Below are positions 60,201 to 64,000 of a DNA stretch of 64,000 nt, in pieces. This stretch comes from Phoronis australis. Lineage: Eukaryota; Animalia; Phoronida. Below the pieces are notes generated by a model. That model searched no databases. It saw nothing but the letters and a program-made list of their open reading frames with translations, and was not told the DNA's origin. Position 1 is the stretch's first letter. Every line of letters begins with the position of its first letter. The position numbers and the translations under genes were made by a program. The stretch lies in assembly GCA_002633005.1 (NCBI GenBank), contig NMRA01000464.1:248001-312000 (forward strand), read 5' to 3'.

Positions 60201-62147
60201 CCCAAAACAAATTTTGATAAGTTTACCCAAATATGGAGACCGGTGTACAACACAAACCACGCTTAGGTGCATTCTGCAGGTGCAAGAATCTTGCCAGTCC
60301 AGACAGTGAGATTGTATGTCTTGTGAGGACTAGCTTTTCACGACAAATCTTGCTCAGTGGAACACACCGATTTTTCCATCACGAAATTTGAAAACCTTTC
60401 AGTCCTGCAATTAACTGTGCTGATGTCTTGTAAACTGCTTTTACACATCTTAACTTACAATATGAAAATCTCAGGCTCACAGAACACAAATGAGATAAGA
60501 CGAGAACACATCAAGATAAACTGGCTTACAGGTTCCTAACTTGTCTCGCCACTCAACAGCAAGCTAAGCATAGTTATGTAAGCATAGAAACAAGATCCAT
60601 TTAATTATTCTGAACATTGTAATGGGATGCAGTCTTCATGAACATGGAAAACACCAACTTGCTACTGTACAATCTTGTGAGTAATCCTACAAAACTAATC
60701 TTTGTACATGTCTAATTTACAGCAATATACAACATACATTAAGAATAGTCCAACTGCTTCTTTCTCCTTTTAAGTACTGTATGTTACAATTTTTATTGAT
60801 TTTTCACATCCTGTTTTGTTGGTGCTTGCTGTACACCAGGGCAAATGCATTTTTACAGTTGATCAAACATTTTCCTCACTATAAACACTCACTCCGTCAC
60901 AAACAGTAACTTAACTCTACAGCAAACCATCTCAATGTACAACTTGCCAGAGTATTTACAGATTCGACAATAACGCACCCTTTTACTCATTTTATACATC
61001 AATACTGAAATTTCAAATAATACAATATAACCAGCACATGCTAGACATATTTACTAGCTTCAGCATAAAATTCGGCAGGTAGGCATGATTTATGAAGTTT
61101 TCACATAAGTTTCATTTTCTTCATAATTAGTTCCAAAAGACCTTGGTTAATCAAAGAATAAGCAAACTTTCCACCAGATGTGGGCACAGGTCAGTAAGTT
61201 AAGTCTTGCCAACAGATGGGGCTGAGGTCAGTAAGGCAAGTCTTTTGCGACAGAATTTGTCAGTAAGCTCTAGTCCTCACTAACTAACGCCACTGAAAGT
61301 GGTTGGAGAGTTTTGCTAAGTATTTAACCCAGAATACCAACAACTTCCGCCGTAAATGAGACCGTTACTGAACGCATTCCTGATTACCTGAACAAAAAAA
61401 TTTTGCAATGCTATGGTCTTTTCGCCGAGCAACCTAACCTCAAGGTACATTTTACTGACGAGACCGCAATAGCATCAAATTTTCAAGAGAAATGCCATGG
61501 AATGATCACATTAAGTGCGAGGGGTATATAATGTTCTCAGAAAGCACAATACAAATGTTCCAAACTTTCATTTACTCACTCACCCATCCATCACTTTATA
61601 CAGTTCTTTTCAGACTGTTAAATCAGCATTTGCTAGTCAACAGAGCATCTCTCGTGACAGACAATAAATAATTTATGGATAGTCATATCAACACGCATGC
61701 TGGACTTAAATGAGATACATAAAAGTAATTAGAGAAACAGTCAAAACTTTGTAAATCCTTAAAGCTGCATTTCGATAAGGAATACTTAAAGATCAATTTC
61801 ACGAGAGTAAAAGACTCGCTAGATTTTTGTTTAGTCAGCTAAACGGGACGAAATGCAGCCCAAGAAGGAAACTTGCTTTAGACTACTTACTACTATAGAA
61901 TTGTTCTCAAACATGTTCCTTACTCAGATGAAAAGTGATTTCTAGGTTGGCACATAAATGATACACAGTGACAAATCATGAAGAGTCTGGACTCCGTCAT
62001 ACACTGTCTTTCGAAGCCTTCAATCACCTAAAAGGAATAATTTGAGACCAATTTCATAACAGTAATTCGACTAAATCAAGATTTTTCCTGTCGTGGAAGG
62101 CAGATTGATTGCCCTTTTAAAAGGTGAACCGAGATATTAACGCATAT

Positions 62148-62777
62148 TTATCTCTTCAACTTCAAGACAATCTTGGGCATTTGGCCAGATTTTTCCTCTG
62201 TGACACAAGTCCACTCAGGGTCATTAGGGTCATCGTCATCAACTTCTGACCCAGTGGACATTGGTGAAGAGGGCACAGATGGAGTGACACCTCCAGTGAC
62301 AAGTCTCGTCACAGCTCTTGGTGGCAACAACATGTTTGTCACTTGCTCAATAGGTTTCTCACGAAACAGATCTTCATAATCATCATCAGCAAGTGGAAAC
62401 AGCCTAGGAGGCCAAGGTGGGGCACTGGGTGTCTCAAACATGATGCCTGATGCACAGCTGTCCTCGTTGACAGACAATCGCTCAACCTCATTGGCATGCC
62501 GGGAAAGTGAGCTGCTGCGGCGACGACCAATAAGGCTGGAGTCCTTGCTGAATGCAGGTGTACTGGGTGGCGTTGGTGACGAAACACTGGCCGAGCGAAA
62601 CAGGCTGTCATTAAGACTCGACTCGGGGGACATTGGGTCAGGTGTGGTAGCGCCGCTCTCCGTACGTCGACTGCCTCGCTTGTTGGTAACCGTGACAAAG
62701 TTGAGAAACCGTTTCTTCTCCTGGATTTCACACTTTAGATGTCGTTCACTCACAGCTTCCTCAGACAGATCCTCCAC
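62148..62777 (-). CDS. KANSL1: Terminal exon of KANSL1/NSL1-like gene (PEHE domain C-part)
   Basis: catag acceptor, then VEDLSEEAVSERHLKCEIQEKKRF (PEHE signature EDLS...H.KCE..E..R), PWPPRLFPL, DPNDPEW and a KIVLKLKR end. The rest of the gene lies upstream. MSL1 is the less likely alternative. Confidence 0.8.
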   Translation of the reverse strand: MEDLSEEAVSERHLKCEIQEKKRFLNFVTVTNKRGSRRTESGATTPDPMSPESSLNDSLFRSASVSSPTPPSTPAFSKDSSLIGRRRSSSLSRHANEVERLSVNEDSCASGIMFETPSAPPWPPRLFPLADDDYEDLFREKPIEQVTNMLLPPRAVTRLVTGGVTPSVPSSPMSTGSEVDDDDPNDPEWTCVTEEKSGQMPKIVLKLKR

Positions 62778-64000
62778 CTATGAAAAAGTCACATGATCAT
62801 AATCAAGCTTGAACACAGGAGCTTTCTTGACAATAAAACCATTAACAGGAACACATGTGACAGGTTAATTAATGACAGTTCATATCTAACACCTACGTTT
62901 TATTGCAACTTTTAAACTGTTTTCCCAGATTTCCTCATTTAAAACAACCGTTGCATGTTCTAGAACTACTACAAAATCTCCAGTTCTGATCTACACACAA
63001 GTTGCTTTTCAAACCCTGAATCTAAAAGAGGAAAGTTGCATAAGGAATAAATCTATGAGATCTTCCATTAAACCATCTACAAAACTTCAGAATATTTAGT
63101 GTCCTTAAAGTGGATCTTGCACGCAAATTCCTTATCTCTCTCTCTGTGAGTGCTTAGTCAAATCAGTAAGAAACACAAAATACAGCAATGATGTGAATAT
63201 GAAGTAGATGGAAAATTGCCAAATGTTTTTAAGCACAAGTTTTATGTCCAAAATGATCCACCGTACATCACTCAACTGTGTTCAGTAAGTATCGTGACGT
63301 GGTGTTGGGGAATAATACTGCATGATGCGGGCAATGTGAGCCCCCAAGGTACGTCAATAGTGCAAAGGTCACTTATTTGCATACTTTCTGTTTTCATATT
63401 TTCAAATTGTCAATGAAAACAGCTTCACTGTTTAGCCTACATGATGTTCAAATAGCATTGTCATTTAGTTCCTGCTATACATTAGTATAGTTAGGTGCAT
63501 GCAAATACATCTTTAATAATGATGTATAGCGCAAGTGTACCCACAATCAACACCTTTTCACCTGATTTTAAATTTTTTTTGTAAATTCTGTGGCATTTCA
63601 GCAAAAGCTCATATCAGTGTTAGGCTTCTGGACGGTGACACTAAATAGAAAATCGATCAAGAGGTTAAAACTGTACAGGTGACAGAAGACAACTCACTTG
63701 GCTTACGAAAGTGTGTAACCAACTCTGTCACCTGACAAAACGTTTCCAAAATCTCAACTGTAGAAATCACGATTTCCTGACAAAAAGTAATCTAATTGAA
63801 CAAAATTTACTACTAATTTTCAGTACTTGTTCACATACATATCTGCTGAAAGTCAGTAAATTTTTAAAATTAAAAACTTAAAAGTGCTTCTTCTCCTAGG
63901 CAGTCCGCATCCCAAACCAGAACTTAATTCAATATAACAGGTGAGACCGTTAAATGTTTGTTCAACAGAAAAGTTTTTAATTGTGTTGATCATTAGCACA

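Overview
AT-rich, intron-rich animal genomic DNA, most likely a non-insect invertebrate bilaterian; the species cannot be determined from the sequence. Four spliced protein-coding genes were reconstructed by hand from GT-AG junctions with consistent phases. (1) The 5' part (7 exons) of an aralar/citrin-type Ca2+-binding mitochondrial carrier (SLC25A12/13) on the minus strand, running off the left edge. (2) A complete 11-exon HAT1 gene (410 aa) on the plus strand, whose ATG lies only 96 bp from the SLC25A12/13 ATG, head-to-head. (3) A complete 5-coding-exon SLC16/MCT-family transporter (550 aa) nested antisense in HAT1 intron 3. (4) The last exon of a KANSL1/NSL1-like PEHE-domain gene converging on HAT1. 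The introns are dense in transposon remnants. These include a Helentron/DINE-like repeat family carrying arrays of co-oriented CTCF-like motifs, a Tx1/L1-type LINE interrupted by a deleted Kolobok transposon (TTAA TSD, THAP gene and P2X7-ballast-like gene), a Merlin/ISXO2 transposase remnant, several MITEs and foldback elements, and minisatellites. A 0.94-kb apparent duplication around a single N is probably an assembly artefact. Family assignments come from recalled motifs, not from database searches.
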